Shown here piece by piece: positions 11,724 to 20,800 of a stretch of DNA of 52,775 nt. The stretch's first letter is position 1; every line of letters starts with the position of its first letter. The notes under the pieces are model-generated. The model was not told the DNA's origin. It saw only the letters and a program-made list of their open reading frames with translations, and made no database searches. The position numbers and the translations under genes are program-made. Source of the stretch: Thermoplasmatota archaeon (lineage in GTDB: Archaea; Thermoplasmatota; JAKEGO01); assembly GCA_028279595.1 (NCBI GenBank), contig JANQNK010000009.1:1-52775 (forward strand), given 5' to 3'.

Positions 11724-12225
11724 AGGTTTCCCCGACAAGTGGCTGAGCCCGAAGGTCGAGATATTCGACAGCCCGATACACGGCAAGGGAATGCGGGCTC
11801 TCACAGGGATATCCGAGGGGGAGCGGATCGTGGTTTGGAGCGGAGACTGCTACACCGACCGTGAAGGGGCGGAGAGGGCGAAGGCTGAAGGGAAGGCGAC
11901 CATGCAGTGGGACGACGACGTCTTCAGCATCGAGACCAGCGAAATGGAGGACATCTTCCGTATCAATCACTCATGCGACCCGAACACGTGGATGAAGGAT
12001 GCGTTCACGCTGGTAGCGATGAGGGACATCAATGTCGGCGAGGAGGTCCTCGTCGACTACGGGTTGATGATCTACGAGGAAGGTTTTGCCGAATGGGACT
12101 GCAGCTGCGGCTCGGACCAGTGCAGGGGCAAGATCTCTACCGATGACTGGAAGGACCCTTTACTTCAGGAACGATACCGGGGACACTTCACCCCCTGGTT
12201 GAACAAGATGATCGAGCGGCTCTGA
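11716..12225 (+). CDS. SET-domain protein-lysine methyltransferase with post-SET motif
   Basis: SPIHGKG, INHSCDPN, GEEVLVDY, post-SET CSCGSDQCRG. Confidence 0.93.
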   Translation: MNEGFPDKWLSPKVEIFDSPIHGKGMRALTGISEGERIVVWSGDCYTDREGAERAKAEGKATMQWDDDVFSIETSEMEDIFRINHSCDPNTWMKDAFTLVAMRDINVGEEVLVDYGLMIYEEGFAEWDCSCGSDQCRGKISTDDWKDPLLQERYRGHFTPWLNKMIERL

Positions 12226-12474
12226 TCATTCGAGATATCTCAGGACCAGCGCCATGAAGATCAGTGTGAATATTACGCCCAGATAGGCGAACAACCGTGT
12301 CTGGCGGATATCGCGCCAGATGTGCTTCGCTATCCAGGCAAGGCCTCCGAAGCCCAGTGCGCTTATGATCGAGAAGATCATTATTATCCCGACGATCGGG
12401 GGAGCTGCCATCGGACGAGGAAGGTCATTACCGGATATAAGGATTGTCGGATTACCCGGAGCGCTCCCGATCAT
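12226..12474 (-). CDS. Putative small 2-TM membrane protein
   Basis: Two hydrophobic segments; fills the gap convergent with the SET gene. No family recognised. Confidence 0.45.
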   Translation of the reverse strand: MIGSAPGNPTILISGNDLPRPMAAPPIVGIIMIFSIISALGFGGLAWIAKHIWRDIRQTRLFAYLGVIFTLIFMALVLRYLE

Positions 12475-12535
12475 CGGGATAGAGTGGGCCCCAGATATTC
12501 GATAGATTCATATTGTCCTATGATTTCACATTAGT

Positions 12536-12739
12536 ATGTCGTATCTCTGGGGTATGATGATGATACTGATTGGCCTCTTCGTGACGATATCTGGCACCAT
12601 CAAGAGCGATTTCATCGTCTATCGCATGTTCGTAGCCAGATCGAAGATCATGTGGGGAGATCATGTCCATCGATTCTATCAGGTCGTGGGTATTGTCATT
12701 ATGATCTTTGGTGCAGTAATCGCACTTGGATACGTCTGA
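12536..12739 (+). CDS. Small 2-TM membrane protein (67 aa)
   Basis: ATG start; two TM helices around a basic loop KSDFIVYRMFVARSKIMWGD. Confidence 0.7.
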   Translation: MSYLWGMMMILIGLFVTISGTIKSDFIVYRMFVARSKIMWGDHVHRFYQVVGIVIMIFGAVIALGYV

Positions 12740-12782
12740 CATCAATGAGAATCATTTTTAATCACGGCTTCCTTCTAGGTGC

Positions 12783-13565
12783 ATGCTCGACAACGTGACG
12801 TTAGCACTTCTACTCACCGTCATAGCAGGACTGTCGACAGGGATCGGCAGTGCCATCGCATACTTCATCCGGAAGCCGAAGGTAGTCTACCTCTCGTTCT
12901 CCCTGGGATTCTCCGCAGGTGTGATGGTCTACGTGTCGTTCGTCGAGATCCTCCCCCACGGCGTCGAGGAGATAGGCGAGGCATGGGGCGTCGTCGCGTT
13001 CTTCATCGGGATCCTCTTTATCGGCATCATCGACATGCTCATCCCGGAGGTCGAGAACCCCCACGAGTTCAAGGAGTTCTCCACCGACAAGAAGAAGAGG
13101 GACAGGAAGGAGGATAAAGCGCTGATGCGGGCGGGGGTCTTCACCGCCTTCGCGATCGCGATACACAACTTCCCGGAGGGCCTTGCGACGTTCGGGACGG
13201 CATTAAACGATCCAAAACTCGGAATTGTCATCGCCCTCGCGATCGCCATCCACAACATCCCCGAGGGTATCTCTGTCTCTGTCCCGATATACTACGCGAC
13301 CGGGGACAGGAAGAAAGCGTTCTGGTGGTCGTTCATGTCGGGCGTCGCGGAACCTGTAGGCGCGGTCATCGGATACCTCATCCTCATGCCTTTCATGTCG
13401 GCATGGATCCTCGCCGCTCTTCTTGCCTTCGTTGCAGGGATAATGGTGTACATCTCCCTTGACGAGATCCTACCGATGGCCCACAGGTACGGACACAGCC
13501 ATGCGGTGATATTGGCGGTGGTACTCGGGATGCTCGTGATGGCTGTGTCCCTGCTGATGCTCTGA
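12783..13565 (+). CDS. zupT: ZIP family zinc/divalent metal transporter
   Basis: [45 protein letters not shown]. Confidence 0.95.
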   Translation: MLDNVTLALLLTVIAGLSTGIGSAIAYFIRKPKVVYLSFSLGFSAGVMVYVSFVEILPHGVEEIGEAWGVVAFFIGILFIGIIDMLIPEVENPHEFKEFSTDKKKRDRKEDKALMRAGVFTAFAIAIHNFPEGLATFGTALNDPKLGIVIALAIAIHNIPEGISVSVPIYYATGDRKKAFWWSFMSGVAEPVGAVIGYLILMPFMSAWILAALLAFVAGIMVYISLDEILPMAHRYGHSHAVILAVVLGMLVMAVSLLML

Positions 13566-13637
13566 CGGGTTCAAAAAGCCGTTTTCAACGCTATAAACGA
13601 AGGCCTTATGGGGAAATATGCCATTATCTGGGGCTGA

Positions 13638-14225
13638 ATGTGGGACAAGTTCGACAAGAGGACCCTCGATTACGACTCGTGGTACGATAGACATCCAGAC
13701 ATCTATCTGAAGGAGCTGGACCTGCTGACCATCGATTCTCCCGGACCGAAGCTCGAGGTGGCGGTCGGAACGGGCCGTATGGGTTCCCGACTTGGATATG
13801 ATGTCGGGCTCGATCCCTCCCTCAATTCCCTGCATATGGCGCAATCAAGGGGGATCGATTGTGTCCTGGGCGTTGCTGAAACACTACCCTTCGCAGAAAG
13901 CTCCCTGGGCACCGTGCTGATCTGCATGTCGCTCTGGCTCTTCGAGGACAGAAGGAAGGCGTTGGAAGAGGCCCGTCGGATCCTTCATCAAGATGGAAAG
14001 CTGATCATCGCGATCACATACGCCGAGAGCCCGCTCGGGATCGAATACGCCGGAAAGCGCGACGCGGACCCTGGTTCTTTCTACGGCGACTGCTGGCTCC
14101 TCACACGGGAGGAGCTCCGAACGATTATCGAGGAGACCGGATTCACGGTCGTTTCCGAGAAAGAGGCGGGATTGGACACTCCCGACGTTTGGGCGGTCGT
14201 CTGCAGGAAGAAACCCACCTCCTGA
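13638..14225 (+). CDS. Class I SAM-dependent methyltransferase
   Basis: YDSWYD, motif I LEVAVGTG, GLDPS, AETLPF, EARRIL. Confidence 0.88.
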   Translation: MWDKFDKRTLDYDSWYDRHPDIYLKELDLLTIDSPGPKLEVAVGTGRMGSRLGYDVGLDPSLNSLHMAQSRGIDCVLGVAETLPFAESSLGTVLICMSLWLFEDRRKALEEARRILHQDGKLIIAITYAESPLGIEYAGKRDADPGSFYGDCWLLTREELRTIIEETGFTVVSEKEAGLDTPDVWAVVCRKKPTS

Positions 14226-14261
14226 GGGAACCCCTTATAACCATAATCGACATGCCGTATC

Positions 14262-15047
14262 ATGGTCCAGATCGTCTTTCTGGGTACGGCGGGAGGCCGT
14301 TTCGCCACATTCCTTCAGACCCGGAGGACCGGCGGAATCCTCGTCAAGGGCGACGTCCAGATGCACATCGATCCAGGACCAGGTGCGCTCCGCGCTGCAT
14401 GGCACTTCGGCGAGGACCCTACCAATACCCGCGTCATATTCGTTTCACATTCCCATACTGAACACTACTCCGATGCGGAGGTCATGATAGAGGCCATGAC
14501 CGACGGCGGATGGAATCCCAGAGGGACCCTGCTCGCTGCCAGGTCGGTGATCGAGGGCATCGACGGGATGGGTCCGTCGATATCCCGTTATCACAGGGGA
14601 ATGGTCGATTCCGAGTCCGTCGTGGAGCCCGGGTTGACCTATCAGGTGGATGGAATGGAGATGGTCGCGACCCCGACGGACCACACCGACCCGAGCGGGG
14701 TCGGTCTCAAGCTCCGGACGGACAGCGGCGTCATCTCGTTCGTATCCGACACGGCACTTTCCGAGGAAGTGATCAATGCCCATTCAGAAGCCCGCCTGCT
14801 GATTCTGAACGTCACGATCGTCAAGGACATCGGCGCCGCCAAGCACCTGACCCCCGAGAACGCTGCCGAGTTCATCTCCGCGATCAAGCCCGAACTAGCA
14901 GTCATCACACACATGGGCAAGCACATCATCCAGGACGGACCCGACGAACTGGCGAAAATGCTAGCGTCAAGGACAGGCGTCCCGGTCGTCGCGGCCGATG
15001 ATGGAATGGACCTCGAGTTTGACGATGCGATCGTCGTAACCCGGTGA
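14262..15047 (+). CDS. Metallo-beta-lactamase fold hydrolase (RNase Z/PhnP-like archaeal family)
   Basis: FLGTAGG, IDPGPG, HSHTEH (variant of HxHxDH), SDT, THMG. Confidence 0.88.
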   Translation: MVQIVFLGTAGGRFATFLQTRRTGGILVKGDVQMHIDPGPGALRAAWHFGEDPTNTRVIFVSHSHTEHYSDAEVMIEAMTDGGWNPRGTLLAARSVIEGIDGMGPSISRYHRGMVDSESVVEPGLTYQVDGMEMVATPTDHTDPSGVGLKLRTDSGVISFVSDTALSEEVINAHSEARLLILNVTIVKDIGAAKHLTPENAAEFISAIKPELAVITHMGKHIIQDGPDELAKMLASRTGVPVVAADDGMDLEFDDAIVVTR

Positions 15048-15070
15048 AACCATTGTCTCGCACCATTTCT

Positions 15071-15175
15071 CTCGACGACGCGTTGACGGTGACACTTCGG
15101 GCCACCTTATCCTCGGAAAGGACGAATGGTTCGGGTATCGTCCCGAGGATGACGGCCAACTGAGTTGCCGTCGAG
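15071..15175 (-). ncRNA. Candidate structured ncRNA (three-way junction, 105 nt)
   Basis: Four nested helices fill the convergent intergenic gap. Three G-U pairs form only on the minus strand. Confidence 0.5.
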
Positions 15176-15214
15176 CGCTTACGCTAGCTTAGTAAAAGTG
15201 AGTTCCAGTTCCGT

Positions 15215-17905
15215 TCAGTCCAGCTCGATCTCCTTTCGGAGGTAGACGTGGCTGTTCCTGCCCTCGCGGGTTATCTCGATGACCTCCTGGCCCTCGAGCG
15301 CCTTTATGTGATAGTTCACGAGCCTCCTGCTCGCTCCTATCAGCTTCGCGATGTTGGACTGGCTGATCCCAGGGAAGTCATGGACGACCTTGAGGATCCT
15401 GTGCTTCACGTCGCTGAGGTGCTCCTCGTCCACATGTGTCCCGGTGAGGTAATAGCGCCTGTACACCCCGTCGCGTATCGACTTGACATACTTCTCCCTC
15501 TCGAGGACGTTGAGGTGATAGGTCAGCGTGCCGTTGTTAAGGTCGAAGTACCTCAGTATCTGCGAGAAGTTGACGCCTGGATTCACCTTGACGTACTCGT
15601 AGATCCGACCGCGGAGGAAGTGGTCGAGGACGTTGTTGCGCTTCATCCTCGTGTATAGCGGGAAGAACAGAGCCAGCAGCGGCAACCGGGTCGCCTCGAA
15701 CTTGAACACTGCAAACATAATCATTATCCCGCTAAAAGAAGCTATCGCAACGTTCGCGGCGTCCTCCCTCGTGAAGACGTCAGGTTCGCTGGACTGGACC
15801 TCCTTTATCTCGAATCCTATCTCGTCGTAGTCGAACTGGGATACGTAGACCTTCAGGGAGTAGTAGCCATCCGGGTAGAGCTTCGACTTGCCGTTGTATG
15901 TTATCGTCCTCTCGTACGATGCTCCGGACGGGACTATCTGGTGGTGGCCGTCCCAGGTCTGGAGATCTGCCACGTCACGCCCCTTCATCAGATAGGAAGG
16001 AAGGTGATCGGGATCGAACATCACGGCATCGCCCTTGTTCAGGTTGGTGACCCTGAGGTTGAAGTCCATGTTCTGACCGTAAAGGAACGTCTCGGGACAG
16101 GTCAGGACAGTGTCGAGATCGGTGTAGTAGACGTAGAGGTGGACCGGCTCCAGCCAGACGGATATGTCCCCGGCCGTGATCTGAACCTCGAGGATGTGGT
16201 CCCCGGTCTCCTCGGGGATGTCGATGTCCACGCGGAACGACGTGATGATGGAGTTGACGGGCATGAAGGCCGTCGACATCTTCTCCTCCACGACCTCCTC
16301 GCCGTTCGAGAGGGAAGTATAGATCTTGCCGATGAGCGTTGTATCGCTTATCTTCCTGGTGAACGTGATGTACCATTGGTGTGTGTCGCCAGGCTCGACT
16401 ATCATATCGACGATGTTCTGCTCGAGCTTGATGTCTGGCTGTCCAAAGGTCGTGACGTTCATGGAGGTCTCGAAGGACATTCCGTGGGCCGCCAGCACGA
16501 CCTTCTCCGCGACGATGTTGTGGACCCCGTAATCCAGGTTCGGGACATAAAGTCTGCCGTCCTCGTTGGTAAGGCCGATCCTCGTTCCGTCGATCCAGAT
16601 CGTAGCCCTGTTGACTCCCTTCTCGTATGAATTGTTGACCGTGATGAGGACATCGTCGTGGTATCCGTCGCCATCGTCGTCCAGGACATCCCTCGTGATA
16701 TCGATGGCCCAGTCCTGGGGACTTCTCCCATCGGATGTGAATTCGTCGTCAGCACCGTCGATAGCGCTGCCGTTCTCGTAGGCCTGGGCGGTGAAGTCGC
16801 CGTCTGGAAGGTTGTGGAAATGTGCCATACCCAGGTCGTTCGTCTTCTCGACCCACACCTCGTCGTAGATCGGGATCTTGACCGTAACGTTCTCCTGGGG
16901 GCCGTAGGCGTCGATCACCGTGATGTTGATGTCGTTCCTCCAGGTGTTGTCGTCTGCCCAGGGTTCGGCGATGAGGATCACGCTGTCGGGGCTCATGTTG
17001 CCGAACGAGAAGAACTCCTTGCTGGAGCGGATCGTGAAATGTCTGCCAACTATCGAACCCGACCATTCGATCCAGACCTTGTAATCGCCCATGGGCATGT
17101 CAACGGCCTGTATCCTGCCATGATCGTCGGTCTGGCCCCTGGTGAGGAAGTTCGACGCTTCGCCCATGTCGACAGCGGCCCCAGCTCCGGTCACAGGTGT
17201 TTCGTCGAAGTATATGGTCGCGTATATGTTGGCGTCATTGTACTCCGACCCGTTGAAGGCATCGATCTCGACGTCGATGTCCATGTAGACGACCGGAGGG
17301 ACCTCGGCCTCGAACTCGGTAGCGTCCGTCTCCTCCGAGAAGGTGGCATTCACCTCGTGCTCGCCCCTGACGAAATCGTTTGCCCTGAGTATCCCGTTCT
17401 CGTTGGTCTTCCCGACGTACTCTCCGTCGATCTCGACCTCGGCGTCAGGAATGGCGACGTCGCTGTTCCCCTGTTCGTGGACGTAGACATGGACGTCCTC
17501 ATCGTAATCGTCACCGTCATAGTCCTTCGGTGTTGCGACGACGTTGATACCCTGGTCAGCCTGGGTCGTCACGATGAGTGTCGCTGTTGCGTCGCCGTCG
17601 GAGGCATCGGCTATGAGTGTGACCAGATAGGTTCCCTCGGTGTCGACGCCGACCGTGATGTAGTTCTGGTTGGACACACCGGGCTCTACGTATACTGTAT
17701 CGGGGGCATCGACCTCGATGCCGACCGATTGGACCTCTATCCTCACGTCCTCACTGAAATGTACGTCAGTGATCACGAATTCGGCGGTCCCCGCCTCGGT
17801 GACGATGAGCTTGTTCGGTGTGAACTCTACGTCGATCGATGCGGCGGTCCCGGCTACGAGAAGGACTCCCAGTAACATCATCAGGCAAACGTGACGTCCA
17901 CTCAT
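15215..17905 (-). CDS. Membrane-anchored one-component regulator: signal peptide, large acidic beta-sandwich ectodomain, TM helix, cytoplasmic tandem winged-HTH (COG3398-like)
   Basis: N-terminal signal. PDAEVEIDGEYVGKTNENG-type repeats. TM near VAIASFSGIMIMFAVF. C-terminal RGRIYEYVKVNPG...GTLTYHLNVLE and PGISQSNIAKLIGASRRLVNYHIKAL. Confidence 0.88.
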   Translation of the reverse strand: MSGRHVCLMMLLGVLLVAGTAASIDVEFTPNKLIVTEAGTAEFVITDVHFSEDVRIEVQSVGIEVDAPDTVYVEPGVSNQNYITVGVDTEGTYLVTLIADASDGDATATLIVTTQADQGINVVATPKDYDGDDYDEDVHVYVHEQGNSDVAIPDAEVEIDGEYVGKTNENGILRANDFVRGEHEVNATFSEETDATEFEAEVPPVVYMDIDVEIDAFNGSEYNDANIYATIYFDETPVTGAGAAVDMGEASNFLTRGQTDDHGRIQAVDMPMGDYKVWIEWSGSIVGRHFTIRSSKEFFSFGNMSPDSVILIAEPWADDNTWRNDINITVIDAYGPQENVTVKIPIYDEVWVEKTNDLGMAHFHNLPDGDFTAQAYENGSAIDGADDEFTSDGRSPQDWAIDITRDVLDDDGDGYHDDVLITVNNSYEKGVNRATIWIDGTRIGLTNEDGRLYVPNLDYGVHNIVAEKVVLAAHGMSFETSMNVTTFGQPDIKLEQNIVDMIVEPGDTHQWYITFTRKISDTTLIGKIYTSLSNGEEVVEEKMSTAFMPVNSIITSFRVDIDIPEETGDHILEVQITAGDISVWLEPVHLYVYYTDLDTVLTCPETFLYGQNMDFNLRVTNLNKGDAVMFDPDHLPSYLMKGRDVADLQTWDGHHQIVPSGASYERTITYNGKSKLYPDGYYSLKVYVSQFDYDEIGFEIKEVQSSEPDVFTREDAANVAIASFSGIMIMFAVFKFEATRLPLLALFFPLYTRMKRNNVLDHFLRGRIYEYVKVNPGVNFSQILRYFDLNNGTLTYHLNVLEREKYVKSIRDGVYRRYYLTGTHVDEEHLSDVKHRILKVVHDFPGISQSNIAKLIGASRRLVNYHIKALEGQEVIEITREGRNSHVYLRKEIELD

Positions 17906-18020
17906 CTATTAGTTATCTAATGGAAACCGTATTTAAACATTTTGAAAAATGCGTGACAGTTGAAACGCCCAAATTCAGGCATGGCCAGTACATTGGACTA
18001 TATAAAGGCCGAACGACCGT

Positions 18021-18254
18021 TCAGGCTGTAACGATCGCGATCACCACAGCGACCAGTATTGTGAAGGAAATGAGCATGATAAGATAAACATGGGGCTGTA
18101 TCAGCTCGTCCGAGAGAAGGTCCTTGATCGAGTCAGCATCCCTCACGGCATCCATGAACGCGGGGGGCTCATCCGGGATGGTCCTCTGGGTCACTGGAGC
18201 GGTCTGCTGGACTGGCGGAACGACCTGCTGTGCCGTACTGGACGGATCCTCCAT
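18021..18254 (-). CDS. Small tail-anchored membrane protein
   Basis: Pro/Gln-rich N-terminus and a C-terminal TM helix; co-oriented just downstream of the serA-like gene. Confidence 0.6.
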   Translation of the reverse strand: MEDPSSTAQQVVPPVQQTAPVTQRTIPDEPPAFMDAVRDADSIKDLLSDELIQPHVYLIMLISFTILVAVVIAIVTA

Positions 18255-18278
18255 GTCGGGCAATGCCGGCCTCGATAT

Positions 18279-19211
18279 TTAAAACTTGTTGACCTGATGA
18301 TCGGGCTTCCGTCCGTCGAGGACGGCCAGGACCTGCTCGGCCACGATCGCACCGGCCCGCGCCTGACCCTCGTACGTCGATGCGCCGAGATGGGGTGTGA
18401 GTACGACGTTGGGAGCTTGCAGTATCTCACCCTCTGCGGGTTCGACCTCGAAAACGTCCAGTCCGGCTCCGGCTATCTTGCCATCCCTGAGAGCGGCAGC
18501 GAGTGCAGCATCGTCGACGACGCCTCCCCGGCTGCAGTTGATGAGATATGCCGTATCCTTCATGACCTCGAACTCGTCCTCGCAGATGAAGTGCTTCGTC
18601 TCTGGAACGAGAGGTATGTGAACGGATACGAAATCCGCGCGCTCGAGCACGTCGTCGAGGTCGACCTTGCAGGCCTGACAAGCAGCTATCTGGTCCTCGT
18701 CGAGGAACGGATCGTAGGCGATGACCTCCATACCGAAGGCGGTGGCGATCTCCGACACCCTGCTGCCGATCCTTCCGACGCCCACAAGGCCCAGGACCTT
18801 TCCGTTCAGTTCATGGCCCTTGAGCTGCTTCTTGATCCATTTCCCGTCCTTCATCGACGAGTCGGCCTCCGGGATCCTCCTGGAGCAGGCGAGCATCAGC
18901 CCGATGGCGAGCTCCGCTACGGATTGCGTGGCACCGGTGGGAGCGTTGACCACTGGTATCCCCCTTTCCGTGGCAGCCGCCTTGTCGACGTTGTCCACTC
19001 CAACGCCGGCCCGGCCGATGACCTTCAGTTTGGCGCCCGCAGCGATCACTTCTGCGTTGACCTTCGATCTACCGCGTACGACGACCGCGTCGAAATCCGG
19101 GATCAACTCGAGGAGTTCCTCGGGCGTCGGCGTGGCCTCTACGACATCATGTCCTTCACTTAGCAGAGCGATCCCTTCCGGGGATATCCCATCGCAGGCG
19201 AGTATCCTCAT
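18279..19211 (-). CDS. serA: D-3-phosphoglycerate / D-2-hydroxyacid dehydrogenase (short type, no ACT domain)
   Basis: IGRAGVGVDNVD, GLVGVGRIG, INCSRGGVVD, LDVFEVEP, TPHLGAST. SD GGTGA precedes ATG 19211. Confidence 0.88.
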   Translation of the reverse strand: MRILACDGISPEGIALLSEGHDVVEATPTPEELLELIPDFDAVVVRGRSKVNAEVIAAGAKLKVIGRAGVGVDNVDKAAATERGIPVVNAPTGATQSVAELAIGLMLACSRRIPEADSSMKDGKWIKKQLKGHELNGKVLGLVGVGRIGSRVSEIATAFGMEVIAYDPFLDEDQIAACQACKVDLDDVLERADFVSVHIPLVPETKHFICEDEFEVMKDTAYLINCSRGGVVDDAALAAALRDGKIAGAGLDVFEVEPAEGEILQAPNVVLTPHLGASTYEGQARAGAIVAEQVLAVLDGRKPDHQVNKF

Positions 19212-19271
19212 TTCGTCACCGAACATGGATTCGAGGATGGGTTTTAAAGGTATCGGGACATTGACGGTCCA

Positions 19272-19865
19272 ATGCCGTCCGAGGAAGAGATCCGACTCGA
19301 GACCAGAGAGGAATGGTCGACTTGGCTCGAGGAGAACCATGCTAGTTCCAATGGCGTCTGGATGCTATTCTACAAGAAGCATACGGGCCGACCGAGGGTC
19401 CCATACGACGATGCGGTGATCGAGGCCATTCGTTACGGTTGGATCGACGGCAAGGTAATGACCGTGGACGAGGATTCCTACAAGCAGAGGTTCTCACCGA
19501 GGCGAAAGCGAAGCAACTGGTCAGCGATCAACCGTGAACGGGCGGAAAGGATCATAGAGGAGGGATCGATGACCCCGTCCGGATCTGAAAAGATCGATGA
19601 GGCCAGGCAGAACGGCATGTGGGAACGGGCCCTGTGGGACAGGAGGATGCCGCCCATGCCCGCCGAGCTCGCCGAGGCCCTCGGGTCCGATCCCGATGTC
19701 GCACGTTCCTTCGATTCACTCGCTGAAGGATACAGACGCGAATTCGTCCGTTACGTTGCCGAGGCGAAGAGGTCCGAGACCCGGGTCCGCCGGTCCGGGC
19801 GAGTGGTGGATATGGTCCGGAACGGTGAGAGACCCGGAATGTGGAAACCCTCTTCACAAGAGTGA
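19272..19865 (+). CDS. YdeI/OmpD-associated family protein
   Basis: WLEENH, KKHTG, YGWIDG, FSPRR..SNWS..N, AKRSETRVRR. Confidence 0.88.
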   Translation: MPSEEEIRLETREEWSTWLEENHASSNGVWMLFYKKHTGRPRVPYDDAVIEAIRYGWIDGKVMTVDEDSYKQRFSPRRKRSNWSAINRERAERIIEEGSMTPSGSEKIDEARQNGMWERALWDRRMPPMPAELAEALGSDPDVARSFDSLAEGYRREFVRYVAEAKRSETRVRRSGRVVDMVRNGERPGMWKPSSQE

Positions 19866-19908
19866 ATTAAATAATTAGGCGAGTTAATTAACCTGCATCG
19901 GTCGAGGT

Positions 19909-20334
19909 TCACTCGGAGTCGATGGTGATGCCCTTCTCTCCGAGGAACCTGCCGAACTCGACATCGACGGTCTTGATGTGGTTGATCAACCAGTTCACCA
20001 GGAACGTGTTGATGGCCTCCGATAGAGGTTCCGTCGCACCATCCTCCTCGAAGTCCTCGACGAGTCCGTTGAGGGTGTTGACGAACTCACCGTGGAACCT
20101 CCTGTGCCTCTCGAGGTCGGGATATTCGAGCTCCATCATATGCTGGATCTCGGTCGAGAAGTGGAAATCGGTGTAGTCAACGAGGTAGTCTAGTGTCTTG
20201 GCGATCTCGGCCTGCCCGAGACACTGCTCGACAGCGTCCGAGAGGTCATTTATCCTCGCGATGAGCGCCTTGTGCTGTTCGTCCACCAGTCCGATGTTCA
20301 CCGACAGGCTGTCGTCCCATTCTACCTTGGCCAT
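19909..20334 (-). CDS. Bacteriohemerythrin
   Basis: WDDSLSV..VDEQH, YTDFHFSTE, HRRFH, WLINHIKTVD di-iron ligands. SD GGGGGAG precedes ATG 20334. Confidence 0.92.
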   Translation of the reverse strand: MAKVEWDDSLSVNIGLVDEQHKALIARINDLSDAVEQCLGQAEIAKTLDYLVDYTDFHFSTEIQHMMELEYPDLERHRRFHGEFVNTLNGLVEDFEEDGATEPLSEAINTFLVNWLINHIKTVDVEFGRFLGEKGITIDSE

Positions 20335-20800
20335 GTATTCTCCCCCGTTGCTAGTTCGGGAAAATTGATGCTCCCCTAAATACTTAACTACGGAATCGTC
20401 CTGGAACATTTGACCGACCGTCCTCCCCTTTCGGACCATATTCGATGACATCGGCACCCTTAGTCCTCCTAGGATATGAACTATTTCCTGTTTTATAATT
20501 TGATTTTAGTTAATTAATCATTTGTTAATTTATTGACCCAACGAGGAGGTTCTTCCCATTGCACCATTGAATTTTCCTTGATGAGGAGTGGTTCACTCGA
20601 CCTTCGATCATATCGGAAGATACCGGATGCCCCGATATCACTTAATCATTGTATAATAATGCGTATTGCGTTATTGATGATAATTATTGCAAATATGCAT
20701 TATATGGCCCTTGGTGATATCGCTCTTTCTTTAATTTATCATGCATTTAACGATATAGATGTAATTATTCACGATAATCTGTTTAACTGCCGATCTAGGC

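Noticed and set aside
14926-15159. 77-aa minus-strand ORF
   Set aside because: TTG start, overlaps the MBL gene antisense, no motif. The region is better explained by base pairing.
15071-15175. 5S rRNA, TPP/SAM riboswitch or SECIS identity for the structured element
   Set aside because: It shares only short words (CCGAAC, ATACCC). The helix order does not fit 5S, riboswitch cores are missing, and no in-frame UGA selenoprotein is apparent nearby.
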